Shown here: piece by piece, positions 9,308-23,641 of the stretch
Layout: every line of letters begins with the position of its first letter
Position numbering within the stretch: the stretch's first letter is position 1
Assembly: GCF_002105155.1 (NCBI RefSeq)
Contig: NW_019029021.1
Span: 248,001 to 312,000 of the forward strand
DNA: 64,000 bases
Direction of reading: 5' to 3'
Source: Lobosporangium transversale
Lineage: Eukaryota
Program-made: the position numbers and the translations under genes
The notes under the pieces: generated by a model
The model's database searches: none
Seen by the model: only the letters and a program-made list of their open reading frames with translations
Told to the model about the DNA's origin: nothing

Positions 9308-11817
9308 ACATGATGATGGAAACAGTGCTAAATTCAGAAGGATCTCAAGCTCGTCACTTCGCTACCAATGGTCGGTCGTTCTTGCCTTATATCGAATACC
9401 GTCACCTGCTTGAAGAGAAAAGCTCAGGAAAGTCGCATACGACTACGGAATTGATTCAATCTTTCAGCTTGATGGAGGGAACAATGCATGATATTAGTTT
9501 CATGTTTTACTCGCAATTGCCTTTTTATATATAAAAAGGATAATATATACTAAAATATACTATAGCTTGTTGAAACTCTATGGATAGCGAGGAGTCAAAG
9601 AATGAAAAGCAAGCCAGAGAAAAGAGGACAGGAGTCGTTGGTGGCTAGAGTGAAAAAAAAAAATACATGTTATCAAATTCCTCATCTCGGATATTGCAGA
9701 AAGTTTCATTCTATACAGGCCATTGATCTTTCAGCCACGGAGGAAATCATTCAATTAAAAAAAGGATTGCTAGAAATAAACGGTAAAAACAAGTCAGGCT
9801 CCGAGTAAAGCCATACTGTGATCAAGAAGAGAATGGAGTAAGGAAAAAAAAAAACGACTAATGCTCATGTTTACAACGTGCATCACTTTCAAGAGCAATT
9901 TTTTAAAAAAAGGGAAAAGGGAGGAAGAAAGGGGATCAAGCGAGGAATGGAAAGGGGAGAACTTGTGCAAGTAGGGAAACGGAAAAATTGGCACAGCTCT
10001 CATGCTTTTTTTATATTATGCCGCTTTTTTTTGGGACGAGAATAGCTTAAAAAAAAGAAAAAGAAAAAAGCATTGCTCATTTTCTGTGCTCACAACATGA
10101 CTAAGGGAAGCTCATGTAGTATATCAACGAAGAAACAAGGAAAATAAAAAAAATAAAAAAAGGTCGTTTTTCTTTTTCATTGGAATGGTATCGTTATCGC
10201 CTGTGTGATACGGTGTAAATGTACTTGTTTTTTTTTTTTTTTTTTTTTTTTTTTTCATCTACGATCTGAATTCGAATGGCAACCGTTTCTTGAAAGATAC
10301 TAAAATAAATAATAATGCTTAGAGAAGCATAGTTGAACGTTCTAAAGGAATAGCCTTTTTTTACCCCTATCCATTTAATAACTGCATCCCGATACTATCA
10401 GCTGACAGAAAGATGAATACAGCGTCCTTTTTTCAGGAGGAAAAAAAAAAAAAAAGAAAAAAGAAACAAAGCAGTAAACCGCCATCTTAATGAAATGAAT
10501 AACTTTTGGAGTCGCTCTTTTATGATCGATAGCCTCAAACGCTCACAATCTTTTCCTTTTACCTTTTTACCCTTTTTTTTTCCACCTTGGTGCTGTTTTA
10601 ATAGCAACTTGCATGGCAGGGAGGTGACGACAGATATAACCTTGGTAGAAGGGATGACAAAGACAAGCTTAAAAAAAAAAGAGCTAAAATAAAAATAAAA
10701 AAGAAAAAAAGAAAAATAAACAAGTTCTGCACACCAAGTTTAATACGTATATTTATATATTTATATATTTATACATATTCATCACGATACATGCGTGTAT
10801 CAGGGGAAGGAGATTGCAGATCAAAATTTAAGCTCGTTCAGGATGACAAAGCCTTTCTTTCATGTTTCATTACCTTTTGGAAGCAAGGGGAGCTGCATTT
10901 CGTTTAAGGATCCCTTGCTCACACAAGCATTAATCGACAAAAACGGAACTTTGGTGCTATGCTCTTTTAGGATTTTAAAAAACAAAAAAAACAAAGAAAA
11001 ATAAAAAACAAAAAGAAAGATGCATCAAGCCCCGTCATTGTAAACCTAAAGTATATAAGATAAATGAGCAGGGGTGAAGAAGAAGAAGTATAGAAGAAGA
11101 AGAAGAAGAGGATGAACAAACAAGAAGATGAAAGAAGAAAGAAGAAAAAGGCAAAAAATAGACTCAAAAAAAAAATCAAGAGTAGTAATATGAAAGAAAG
11201 AATGAAGGAAAGGAAAAGAAGGAAGGAAGAAAGAAAATGCCGTTTTTTTTTTAGTTGAATGAATGCCCATGTCGATGCACATAAATGAATGTATCGACAG
11301 ATTTGTTATACATACAAGAGCAGCTCGTCTTAGATAATGTTCATGCTTTGTTAATTTGTGAAAGAGCGATCCCACTCTGTTTAGGCTAGACAAGAGCTTA
11401 ATCAATTGATGGCCCCAAAAAAAAAAGAAAAAAGAAATTTTAAAGAGCAAAAAAAAAAAAGCAAAGACCTAGATATAAAAAGGATTTCTTCTTTCTTTCT
11501 CTTTCTTGGTCATCCTTCATTTTCTGCCCACTTTCTCCTTTTTCTCTTTTCCTCGTCCCTCTTCCTCTTCCTCTTCTCCCCCCACACATCTTATCTTGTG
11601 AATCCATCTATATTTCAAACACTTGCATTCCATTCTCATCTCGCGTTCATCCTTCTGCTTCTCTCTTTTCATTCTTTTTCTTTACGTCGCTCTTATTCTT
11701 TAGCAACATCCATTGACCCCATCCTACTTTTTCCTTGCTTTTCTTCTTTTCTTTTTTTTACGGTTACACTACTTTTTTTCCTTTTTTCTTGTTCTATCTG
11801 AATCAAATTGTACAATA

Positions 11818-11995
11818 ATGGCTCCTCAAATTGCCTCAATCATTGTCGAATGCAGGTCTCAGGAACAGCTCGAACAGATCATTCAAAATACTAAAAAGGT
11901 TGTTGTGCTCTACTACAGCTATGCCATGCCGTAAGTCATCAATACAGTACAAAAGGAAAAAACATTGCTTTTCATATAGATCTTTGTGTCAATTG

Positions 11996-12027
<32 letters not shown>

Positions 12028-12670
12028 GGATTGCTTTTTTTTATGCTGCGCTTTTTTTCTTTTTCTTTTCTTTCTTTCCCTTCTTTTCGATGTATCGGAA
12101 TCAAAAGTGTTTGTAAAAGGAAGCTTGTCCTTATTTCATCCTTCCCAAAATAACTTTTTCGACCACATGGTTTTCGGTTACACATGTACAAAAGAACGCA
12201 AAGAAAAAGAACGTGGAAAAGTACACAGAATGAATCGGTTTTGCTGTGTACATCTCATCGCTTTTAAAAAACCAGCTCACTTTTTAAAGCCAAATACATT
12301 TGCCACCGCTTTTCTCCACATCCGAGATAATACAAACCTACATTTATATATATACATTACCGTTTTTTTTTTTTTTTTTTTTCCTCTCTTGGTTCCATTT
12401 GCTTACAAATCAATCTTCTTTCCTCGCTTTCCTAGTTGGGGTAAAATTGCCGAACACAAGATGCATGTATGCGCTCGGGCATTGGAGAAGGGCAACATCA
12501 CGACCATTCCTTTTGTTCTTGTAAATTACGCAGAGTTTTATGAGTATGGAGGCAAGATCGAAGTTCAACCCTCTACTATGATTAAATATGCAGCATACGT
12601 AGATGGTGTCGAACGACAGACAACAGGAAACAGTGCAGAGCTCGAGGGTCTCGTGACAGGTCTTCTCTGA
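11818..12670 (+). CDS. Thioredoxin-fold-like protein lacking CxxC (115 aa)
   Basis: Exons 11818-11930 (GTAAGT donor) and 12436-12670 (CTAG acceptor) splice in frame. The pattern 'SQEQLEQIIQNTKKVVVLYYS...PFVLVNY...YAAYVDG.E...G...LEGLV..LL' parallels thioredoxin secondary-structure motifs. Confidence 0.65.
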
Positions 12671-13724
12671 TTTAAAAAAAAAAAAGTGAAATAAAAAAAA
12701 AGGCAGTTGCAGGATGCGACCACTCAAGAGCAAAACATTACTACTATATCATATTTATTATCAACTGTTATCCTACCCGATTCAGTGAACATGTCTTTTC
12801 AAGTCTTTTGAACACTAGAACATTATTTTTTCTTTTTATTCTACTATCTTTACAACAACCATCCACATCTATATTATATACAAATAATCTTAACGATGAA
12901 GACAAAAAGGGTTTCTTTTTCTTTTTTTGTCAAAGTAAGCCTCGATCTATCCTCGATATACCAGTTTATTCTTCTATCTTCACTGCCACAATAAACAAAA
13001 GAGTCGCAGATGGATTAAATTAGAAAAAAGTTTTCTTGATGTTATATTAAATTCATGGGCTCATTCATGGGCAAAAAAAAAAAAAAATCTTCGATTTGCT
13101 TTTTTTTTTTTATTTTTAATATAATCTGTTTGGGAATGAATTTTCAACGCGTGTTTGTTGTCATCAATTAAATAAATAAATTAGTAATGGTATAATACTG
13201 AACAGAGAAGCACATACGCGTGTAATAAATGGTGTGTAGATTATCTCAGCCCCGATAGTTACAGCCCTGCGCATTTTTCTGTAACCTGATCTGGAATTGG
13301 TTGGGTAAGAGGGAAAAAATAAGATGGAGAGTGATCTTGCTGACAATGATCAGTGCATGCATGCACGTTTTTATTAAACTCTTTGTATCTCTCTTTTTCA
13401 GCTGCGCAAATTAAGCTTGGGCCATGTGTCATGCATATTGTCCATTACAGAAGAATTTGCGGTGTGGAATGCCAGACAAGCAAACTATTTCGAATGATTT
13501 TGGACCAAGCATACTCATGAGGTGGCTTGGAATCAGCAAAAGCCTATCTCTAAAAAAAAAAAGATCGCTTCTTTATCCATCCCACCTTTGCCTCCTGTTT
13601 TCTGGTTTTGCCTCAATCCTTTATTGCCCTTACCTTGTTTTGTTTTCTGATCAACTAGCTCACTGACTCACCATATTATTAGGACACACTCTCATTTGAC
13701 GATTACAACACTTAACCAAGAAAC

Positions 13725-14611
13725 ATGCAAGAAAATGGCCAGGATACTGTACCTCCTTGGCAACAGCAACAGCAACAGCAACAGCAGCAGCAGCAGCAAG
13801 CGTTTATGGGAAAATACACCGACACGTTTTTAATAGTCGAAATGAATTCCTTTAGCCTCTCGATCTTCAAAGTTACCGCAGCCTTCACACTACTCCAGTT
13901 CATCCTGTTTTACGGTACATGGTTCTTGTTTCCGGAGCTTTCAAAGTACCGCAACAGGCTCGCTTGGGGCTTGTATTGCTCAGTAATATTTCTGGTCCTT
14001 TCCCTATCGGAACCGGTCAATGTGAGGACGACTGTCTTTCATAGGTTGGGCCTAGGTCTAGCCGATGTCGAAGCAGCCACTGTATTTTCTACATGGACTC
14101 CAAAGTTCTATGCGTGGGTCCAAAAGCTGTCTAATCTTCCTCCAGGACTTGAGCTCAGATCTGGATTCGAACCATTGTTACTTGCAAGAGGCCAGGAGTA
14201 TGATCGGAGAAGCCTTCGACCTTGTAGGCAATACCCTGCAGTGGTTTACCTCATTGCCTGTCTTTTCGTTAGCACCATTGGAACCAAATCTAGGCAGGGG
14301 TAGCCGGTTTATCTTGGGCATTATCCACTTTGCCTTGTTCTGCATTGAAGATATGATTATTAGAGAATATATTTGTTCCAGGAGACGTAGGGGCTATTAA
14401 TGAGCTGGTTTTATCGCGTTCTTTATATCGCACCCGCATATCAGCGGGCAGCTGTCAATGCTCCTTCTATATCAACTGAATTTATTATCACCATGGAAGG
14501 TCAGTGCCACGATACCCAACGAAGATTGGAAGATACCCAAGGACAAATTCCAGAACGCAAAAATTTCTGTGCATTTGGAAAAGCAGGATTTCTTTCGCTC
14601 TCTCACCCCCC

Positions 14612-14656
<45 letters not shown>

Positions 14657-15101
14657 TAGGCTGGATCATCAGTTTAGCTGGAGGTATCATATCAAGACCG
14701 CGAACCATTTTCCGGTTCCTGTTGACGTTCATCATGATCAGTAACTTTTACAAGCTCTGCATTTGCCAGGAAAGGCTTTTTAATTACACAATACACTGGT
14801 ATTTGGCGACTGCATATGGGCTGATCTTGTTGCATGACTTTTGGTCCCCAATGTTTTCCCAAGGAAGGGCGCGACGTGCATAAGGACGATAACAAGAACA
14901 AGAGCAAACATGAGAGTGAGGCAGCCACTACCTCCCAAACAACATCAGCAGAGAAACATGGAAAAACCCAGCTTACCAGCTGTTGATTCCATTCTTGTAG
15001 GGAAGCCGTTACGACTCCGTTTCAAGAATAAACAGATAGAGCAAAAACCATCAATGGATTTCTTTTCGCGTACCTTACATCGCAAGGTTTTAGCAGAATA
15101 A
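13725..15101 (+). pseudogene. Multi-pass membrane protein, possibly TLC (TRAM/LAG1/CLN8) domain, apparently frameshifted
   Basis: PolyQ N-terminus and several hydrophobic segments spread over three frames (13725-14303, 14065-14400, 14458-14883) without clear splice sites to reconcile them. SWFYRVLYI resembles an eroded TLC W..HH..Y motif. Confidence 0.35.
13761..13799 (+). repeat. CAA/CAG trinucleotide repeat (polyQ, 13 codons)
   Basis: caacagcaacagcaacagcaacagcagcagcagcagcaa read directly. Confidence 0.9.
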
Positions 15102-16188
15102 AGTCGCCTGCACTGTGTGTAGAACGAGACACTGATGAAAAAGGGGCAATTGGGGATTTATCATGCACATGTATATATTTTAGAAACTAAGAATGCTTGT
15201 GCCATTGTTGACATTGACCAAGAGAGGTTGCACAAAATCCCTTCTCTCTCCTATCCTTGGTTTTTTGTCTGTTCCCTGTTACCCTTCCCTGTTCCCCTAC
15301 TCCCTGTTACCCCTGCTCTGCACGACAAAAACCAGAACACAACATGGTGACATGCTTTAAGACTTTTTTTATTTTTATTTTCCTTTGCTTTGCATAATGG
15401 AAAGTATAAAGCAAGTTTCACCTCACGTAATGTCCATGGTATGTCTGTTCCTGACAAAGCTTGGCTCATATTGTGTTTCGTATGCTATCATATGCATTTA
15501 GCACTAAGGCTCATGCACTGTATGTACAAATATATACACCTAAAGTCCATGGATGTATTGCATTGCATTGATAACGGTAAAGAAAAGGCAGGTCCTGTTA
15601 TTTTTTTATTAGTTCTGTTGCCCATGGACCACTCCACCTCCCCAACTCTTGAAAAACACGTTTTTTCAAGGTTTTCGTCATTGTCTGTGACTTTTTTTTT
15701 TTTTTTTTTTTTTTTTAATCAGAAGTATACGTTTCCATGTTTGATTAAAAAAAAAGAGCCTAGATGAACAGAACAGTAAAGATGCTAATTGCGGAAAATG
15801 ACAGGAACAAACCTTGCATTTCCAATAAACTGAACAGATTTTTTTTATTCTTTATGCTTTATTCTTCAACTGGGTTGTGTAACGCAAAGGAAGGAAGGAA
15901 GGAAGGAAGGAAGAAAGGGCGTCTCTGTGTTTTGTGCGCTTGTGTCTATTGTTTTGTGAACATCCTGACACTATTCATTGTCTGTTAACGATAATGTTAC
16001 CTGTTCCAAAAACAGGTTGTGGAGGAAATGATGTTATATATATACTGATTATGATGCTTGGAGCAAGGAAAAAAAAAAAAAAAAGGGATCAGGGCAAAAT
16101 AATAGGAAATATTATCGTTGTTGAGTGTGTGTGTGAGGAAGAGAAAGAGAGAGAAAGGACGATTAATGCATGACACGGGTGACCATGC

Positions 16189-16221
<33 letters not shown>

Positions 16222-16647
16222 CCTGCCCGTCATTTGGAAGGTGCAAGGACACGGATACGAAAATGAACATGAGCACAAATATGCAAGCAGATGCATGGTT
16301 GAGTTGATTGATGAGGAGAGCAAACGGTTGATGTGTGAGAATAAGGAGTGGGGGCAATGGCAAGGCAGGGAGTAGTGGTCTATGGTTCACGTCGTGCTTT
16401 TGACTTTTTCCTGCACTGGATAGAGTACAAATGTCCCTCCTCTGTTTCTGCCTTTTTCTCTTTTTTCTCTTTCTTCTTTTCAGTTCGCTCCTGCAACTAA
16501 TCACTTCCAATCCGAAACAAATAATACACCCATCGACTCTATCACACCCTCACCCTGCTCCTCATCCCATTCTGAATTAGTTTTGGCCTAGCACCATTCT
16601 TCAATTGTACCATCCTCATCCATCGCATTCATAAAAAAAAAGAAGCA

Positions 16648-17118
16648 ATGTCTCCACAACCCACAGTCCTTGTCCTCGGTGGCGTCGGTTTCATCGGCCG
16701 TAATTTTGTTGCTTATCTGGTTGAGAACAACCTGGCATCTGAGATCAGGGTCATTGACAAAGTCCTCCCCCAAACTGCTTACCTTAACAAGCGGATTCAA
16801 GCTGCGTTCGAAAAGGTCGAATTCATGCAGGGAAACCTCTCCAACGCAGGTAAAAAAAAAAAAAAAAAGCTCCTTGACGTATAAGGATGGGGAGAAGAAT
16901 AAGAGAAATAATTTAAACGCGTTCTATTTGTTGTGTTTTGTTTGGTATCTCCTATTGCGATTGCTGTTGATGAAGATGAACTATACACTAATGATATTTA
17001 TATTCATCGTTACTATACTAGCCTCTATTGAAAAGTGCTTTACTCGTCCAGATGGTTCTTCATTCGACTATGTGATCAACCTTGCAGCAGAGACCAAGTT
17101 CTCACAGCCTAATGAGGT

Positions 17119-17152
<34 letters not shown>

Positions 17153-19477
17153 TTTACCGACAGATATTTCAAGAACAAAAGACCAAGGGACCCACAGAAA
17201 AAGAAAGGAAGTGAGAGAAAATGAACTCAGTCTACTTTACTTCGGCACGATTTCAAACAACGTGGCATTGCCAAGGTCTTAGAAAGGGTACCGGAGTGTG
17301 AGAAAAAAAATTAGTCCGCATGCCCTTATTTCGAGCCCAGGAGCTAAAAAGAGATGGTTGTGTCACATCAATGTTCGTTTTCTAGTATTCGAAGGGAGAA
17401 GAAAGGGCTCTTTTGGGGGAGAGGAGGCGAGAAAAGATAGGAAGGGGCAAAGTACCTTTTTTTTTTTTTTTTTTTGTTCTCAATGATATATCACTAGAAG
17501 GCATTCCACTATACAATTGGACGGGAGGTTTGAACCATATTGTCGGATCGTAAAGCTTGCCAATTCAACTCCCCTTCCTATTTTTTTATTATTATTATTG
17601 TTATTATTATTACTGTTATTACGATTATGGTTATGATTATGATTATTATCTGTGAAGTAACTGTCATATTCAATAGCGAATGTCGCATAGCTTCTACTTT
17701 GATATCCTCCCCTTGAATAGACCATTCTCTTTATTCAGCTGGAGTAAAATGGGTTTTTTTCTTTTTTTCTTTTTTTTTTCTCCGCATGGAGGCAATTTTG
17801 TACTACACAAAACTTTAACAACGTTCTAAAGTTACGCAAGACATGAGCATGTAAAAAAAAGATACTTTGGCCAATGACGTACTGAAATGAGACTAATTGG
17901 AACTACTCCTAGATTTATGAGGACCGCATTTACAGACTGTCGATCAATTGTGCCAAGGAAGCTGTCAAGCGAGGAGCAAAGATTTTTGTCCAGATGTCGA
18001 CAGGTGACATCTACGAGAGCAGTGGTGTAAGTGACGTATTGTTAGGATTTGTGCATTTTTAATTATTTTTGCTCTTTTTTCTTTTCCTCCTCTCCTCATG
18101 TCTTTGCTAATCACAATGTTTTTTTTTTTATTTATTTTTTTTAGGCTGCTAGCAAAGAGGATTCAAAGACAAAACCATGGAATACGATTGCGGAGTATAA
18201 ATTAAAGGTCGACAAAGAGCTCCAGAGCATGGAGGGGTAAGTCTTCTTACTAGTGAACAAGAACCAAAGTTTGGCAGCTTAGCAATCAAAAAAAGTTTCT
18301 GTGTGTTTGTGTGTGTATAATTTCGTTCATCCATCTGTTTAAATTTTAAAAAATTATGCTTGAGGAGGAGAGTTGGACATGAGCCAAGTCAGTTATCAGT
18401 TCTTGCGGATCGGGCCCAAAGACATTGGAAAATTCCACGTGTGACACGCCACTGAACCTTTTTCTTATTAATTTTTTTTTTATTTCTTCCCTTCTAGACT
18501 TAACCTCATCATTCTGCGCCCAGCAGTCGTATACGGAATTGGCGCCATGGGTGGACTCAGTAAGTGAGATGCACTCGATCTCAGATTCAGGATCAACAGC
18601 CGACCAATCAAAGTCGAACTGGTGTAGGAAAAAAAAAAAATTTAAAACATTACATCTAATGACTTTAATTTTTACCCATAGCTCCTCGCTTAATTTGTGG
18701 TCGCGTATACCAACATGAGAAAAAGAAGATGGAGTTCTTGTGGACAAAGGACCTGCGCATCAATACAGTTCATGTTGAGGATGTTTCACGGGCGATCTGG
18801 CACACCGCCAACTGGTATATTAGCAACAACCAGACTGGATCTGTCATCTTTAATCTTGCAGACGAGAACGATACCGGTACATTTTTTTTTTTTTTTTTGT
18901 ATATTATATATATTTATATCTTTACAAATGACATGTACGAAATGCCAGGACTAAAAGCAGCTTTGTTTATTCCTTTGTTTGTTTATTCGACACTTTTGCA
19001 GACCAGGAGGCTGTTAACACACACATCCGTGCCATCTTTGGTATTGAGACAGGATTTCAGGGCAAGCTTGTTTCCCAATTTGCCACAGTAAGTTTGATAG
19101 GCTTTGCGTAAGCAAATCTTGTCATAAGAACTGATTTCTCGCCATCAATGGAATTGAGAATATTTGCCAAAACCATTAACCTTTTTTTTTTTTTTTTTTT
19201 TTTTTAATAGTTAAACATGAGAGATGTAACGGAAGAAATCAATGAGGTTCACCTGACACCTTGGTCCGATATCTTGAAGGAACACAATATTAAGACATCA
19301 CCATTAACTCCATACCTTGACCAAGAATTGCTCTGCAATAATGCGTTGTCCCTAGACGGATCCAAAATCTGCACAACAACCGGCTTCACGTACGAACATC
19401 CAAAATTGACAACAGAGAGCCTGCAAGAGATCATTACAGATTTCCAGGAGCTGGGTATCTGGCCTCGCGACGATTGA
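16648..19477 (+). CDS. NAD-dependent epimerase/dehydratase (extended SDR) family protein
   Basis: Eight exons (16648-16849, 17022-17116, 17913-18026, 18145-18236, 18498-18559, 18682-18876, 19002-19087, 19211-19477). Motifs: VLVLGGVGFIGRN Rossmann motif, VINLAAET, LRPAVVYG, NTVHVEDVSRA. Confidence 0.9.
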
Positions 19478-19684
19478 TAGTATATAATATATATAGATGC
19501 AATTGAAAACATTCACGCGTTTATTCCCTGATAAAAAAAAAACTTTTTTTCCCGAAAATTTTGTTATTCCAAATCTTTCAAAAGTCCAGAACGATAGAGC
19601 GGGTAATAATAATAAATATATAAAAAAAAGACTTTAAAGTCAGTGTATTTACATAGTATACGCCTTTTAACCAATTGATTGATG

Positions 19685-19717
<33 letters not shown>

Positions 19718-20349
19718 ATTATAGACAAGAGATAGGGTATTCAGTAGTCATGTGTAGCCATAAAAGAGGGACAACAAAAGTAAAAAAAAGTTCGGAGAGA
19801 ACTCCTACAGGCTCACAAGGATGAACAAGTTGATCTAATGTCTTCCAAAGTGTCCCTTCCATCGTTCGCTCTCTACTTTTTCATCCCATTCCTGGATTCT
19901 TTCTTCCATTCCCTTGACGTCATGAGATACACATTCATCATTGGTTGCTATGAAAGAGAGTCCTGATATACGAGAGAGGTTACAGACAGTGACGGAGATC
20001 GAATACAGGTTGGGCAGTAGGGGCGAAGCATCTTCTACTCCACAAATTACAAGATCATCTTTAATACCAATACGAATGTCTGTCACCAAAAAAATACGCG
20101 TTTAAACATTGGTTTTTTTTAAGCATCGTCGTCGCGTTATGTTTTTCTGGTGCTGTATCATTGATCTTACCAGAATAGATATAATATATAAATATTAGAG
20201 AATGCTCTGCTAACTATGCTTCTATAGAGTGGGGGCCGTGCAAATGTGGGAAATGTTCAGATCACGGGCGACAGTCTTTAGATGATGCTTAAATAAGGAA
20301 ACGAAATTCCCGGGGATTGCAAGGTGTCCCAAATCCATGCATTCCGTGT

Positions 20350-20384
<35 letters not shown>

Positions 20385-20476
20385 TACCCTAGCTTGCACA
20401 AATATCTATTTCTAACACTTTTCTCTTTCCCACGCGTTCGTTCCTCTCATTTGACACACCAAAAACAAAATCAATC

Positions 20477-20618
20477 ATGTCTTCTGAGAAACCTGCATTT
20501 GCATCCTCATCGCATGCACCATCAGTCTCAAGTCCTGGGTGTCTCGATATCTTTCGAGCTATCTTTAACAATAGCAGCAACGATAACACTGCCGACGTAC
20601 GACGATACACTATTAATC

Positions 20619-20653
<35 letters not shown>

Positions 20654-21216
20654 TACGCGAAACCAAGCTGAAAACGAATATATTTGTATATAAATAATCT
20701 AGGAAAAGACGACGTCAGAGTTCCCTAGAGACTCCGCAAGCGACGATGACGCCTCAACGCCATTGATACCGACGTATGAGGGCCTTGAAGCACAGATGAG
20801 GGATCTTCTTGTCGATCAGGATAATAACTCCGAACTTTTAGAACTTTGCAAGGGTAATGAATTTGCCAAAACCGTGTTCCATGCTATTGAAAAGGTTTCA
20901 AAGGAACTACGAGAGATTAGCTTGAAGGTAAGCTCGGATTCTTGGAATATAATTAGTTTATTAAAATAAAAAAAAAATAAAAAAAAAAAAAAAAAGTGAA
21001 TACTAATGTTAATTGGGTGTTAGATCCACGAGGAGCCAGAGTTAGCCTTTAAAGAGTATAAAGCTCATGCGCTTTTGACCGATTATTTGGAAAAGAAAGG
21101 ATTTAAGGTGGAACGAAAAGCTTTTGGTCTAGATACTGCCTTTGTCGCTCGCGCTGGAAAGTCTGACAAGGTCACCATCGGTTTTTGCTCTGAAGTATGT
21201 TGTTCAATGCTCACAC

Positions 21217-21247
<31 letters not shown>

Positions 21248-22481
21248 TAAATGGTTCCAGGCGTGACGTGTTTTTGTGGATTTATACTCCATGTGTTCCT
21301 GATTAATAATGTTTGCTTATTTCAGTATGATGCATTGCCTGGGATTGGCCATGGCTGCGGTCATAATTTAATTGCAATCGCTGGCGTGGCCGCTGCCATC
21401 GGTGTCAAAGCCGCAATTAAGAAATTTGGCCTCCATGCTCAGGTCAAGCTCTTTGGCACGCCTGCAGAGGAGACAACTGGTAAAGCTACCTGAAGAGGTG
21501 GTCAAAGCTATAATACAGGGATTTATCCTTGTAACTATAGTTATCCTAAAGCTCATTGATTTTTTTCTTCTTCTTCTCACTATTAGGAGGAAAGATTGTA
21601 ATGTTGGAGAGGGGCGCATTTAAAAATGTTGATGTTTGTATGATGCTTCATGGAGCCAACGCAGATTTAAGCTACCCAGCCTTTTTAGCTCTGGATACAG
21701 CTGAAGTAGAGTTCTTCGGAAAGGCCTCTCACGCGTCAGCCACGCCATGGGAAGGAGTGAATGCACTGGATGCTGCAATCATGACGTACACCAGTATTGG
21801 ACTGATGCGCCAACAGCTGCATCCCACGCAGCGTGTTCATGGAATCATCAAAGATGGTGGTAAGGCAGCCAACATTATCCCAGACTATACGTTATCTCAA
21901 TACACTGTGCGTGCGCTCAAGTACTCAGAATTGATGGTGTTGAAGAAGAGAGTTGAAGCTATCTTCAACGCTGCAGCCAGGTCAACAGGATGCACTGTTT
22001 CCATCAAATGGGGAGTCCCATATAAAGGTATTATTATTATTGGAAAGAGAAGGTGGCTTATTGTCTCATGATATGTGTACGCGACAAATACTTACTTTTA
22101 TACAAAAACCACTTGAACATAGATATCTTGACAAACTCTGTTCTGACTCAAAAGTTTGAGCACTACATGAAAGCGCAGGGCGCGAAATATCTACCAAAGG
22201 AGGAGCAATTGAGGAAAGTGGGTGGATCGACCGACATGGGTAATTTGACGTATGCACTTCCAGGAATACATCCAGTGTTCAACATTTTAAATTTGGAAAG
22301 CAAGGATGTGAACGTAGCACTACATACCAGGGCGTTTGCAGAGGCCGCAATGCAACCTATAGCTCATACTGCAACCCTTCGCGCCGCAAAATGTTTGGCC
22401 ATGACAGGCGTTGAGTGTATTTTAGATCGCAAACTATTGCAGAAAGTCAAGAAGGAATTTGAGGAGAACAAGGAGAAGTAG
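20477..22481 (+). CDS. Peptidase M20 family amidohydrolase (PM20D2-like)
   Basis: Exons 20477-20596, 20703-20927, 21024-21194, 21326-21479, 21587-22027, 22123-22481. Motifs: IHEEPELAFKE, EYDALPGIGHGCGHNLI, GTPAEE, HASATPWEGVNALDA, GSTDMGN. Confidence 0.92.
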
Positions 22482-23641
22482 AAAAATGAATATATAGTCA
22501 ATATAAACGATCTATGAGCAGCTAAAAAAGATTACTTTTTACATTTCTTGCTCGTTGAATTTTATGTTTGTCCGCCGCTTTTTGCCAAGTTTGATGTTTT
22601 TTTTTTTTTTTTTTTTTTTTTTTTTCGTGATGCTCGGATCATCAGATTGAAGACCAAAGTAGACAAAAAAAAAAAAAAAAAAAAAATGGATTCAAGTGAG
22701 AGCATAAAAAAAAAAAAAAAAAAAAAAAGATTGAGCATCGGATATACGCACCACATGCCTTTAAAGAGAAATGAAAAAAGTAACTGTAGTTACGAGGAGA
22801 AAAAAAAAAAAGGCGGTGCTGTCGTAAGAAGTATAACGTCCGCGAGCACTGCCGCACGGAAGCGTAGGAATCGACGCGTCTCGCTTGATCCTAGGAGTAA
22901 CATAAAGCATTCATGTATACGTTGTACACGTTAATTTTTCTTTTCACAAAACAAACAGAACCAAGAATGGGGTGAGGAATAAGAGAGCTTTAGCATCAAT
23001 TAAAAAATAAATAAAAAAATAAAAAAAAAAAGGTTATCGGAGAGATGCGATTTGCCATTGACAAAGTCGATGCAGACCATTAGTTGTGGATACGTTGCAT
23101 GATATTGTCATGGCTCACAGGGTAACTTTGGCCCAGATTATGACGAGAGCGCTTGTCTTGTGTCCAAGGCACGAGAGGGTAAAAAAAAAAAAAGCAGGGA
23201 CAACATAGTCAATTGCTTTTTTTGGCAATTGAACCCATGCACGAACGCAGAGCGTTCATTGCACAAAGAAACACGAACGGGTGTAGGGAGAGCAAATAAA
23301 AATTTGTAGATGTAATTGATAATGTATTTTTAACAGATGAATGTTATACATGTCGAAAGAAATTCTTTTTTATTTTGCACAGCCCATCAAATAGGAAACA
23401 AAAGTATTTATTTATTTATTCTCAGTTATTATCAATATTCGGTTATTAGCACTTTGACAAATGGGGTCAAGCGCGTTGTCTTAACATTAAGGTTTTTCTA
23501 CCTGTTTACAAACATTCGCGCATTTAGTTGGGTTTATCCTTTTTTTTTTTTTTTTTTTTTTTTTGTATAGACATCCATTATATATATTAATATATGCATT
23601 TTCACATTCGGATTCTGATCCGCAGCTTAAATCTACGTCAG

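Noticed and set aside
10000..11800. Numerous ORF-track entries rich in F/K/L
   Set aside because: Translations of poly(A)/poly(T) and purine/pyrimidine tracts with no coding signal. The same applies to most short ORFs in 15.1-16.6 kb, 22.5-23.6 kb and 43.4-44.1 kb.
17117..17912. Unusually long (796 nt) intron as a possible snoRNA host
   Set aside because: No convincing C/D (RUGAUGA...CUGA) or H/ACA arrangement. Length is explained by microsatellites and homopolymers.
19835..20089. 84-aa minus-strand ORF in a homopolymer-poor patch
   Set aside because: Non-ATG start, no recognisable motif or splice context. A remnant cannot be excluded.
23229..23263. Small hairpin GAACGC-AGA-GCGTTC
   Set aside because: A 6-bp stem is expected by chance, with no supporting context.
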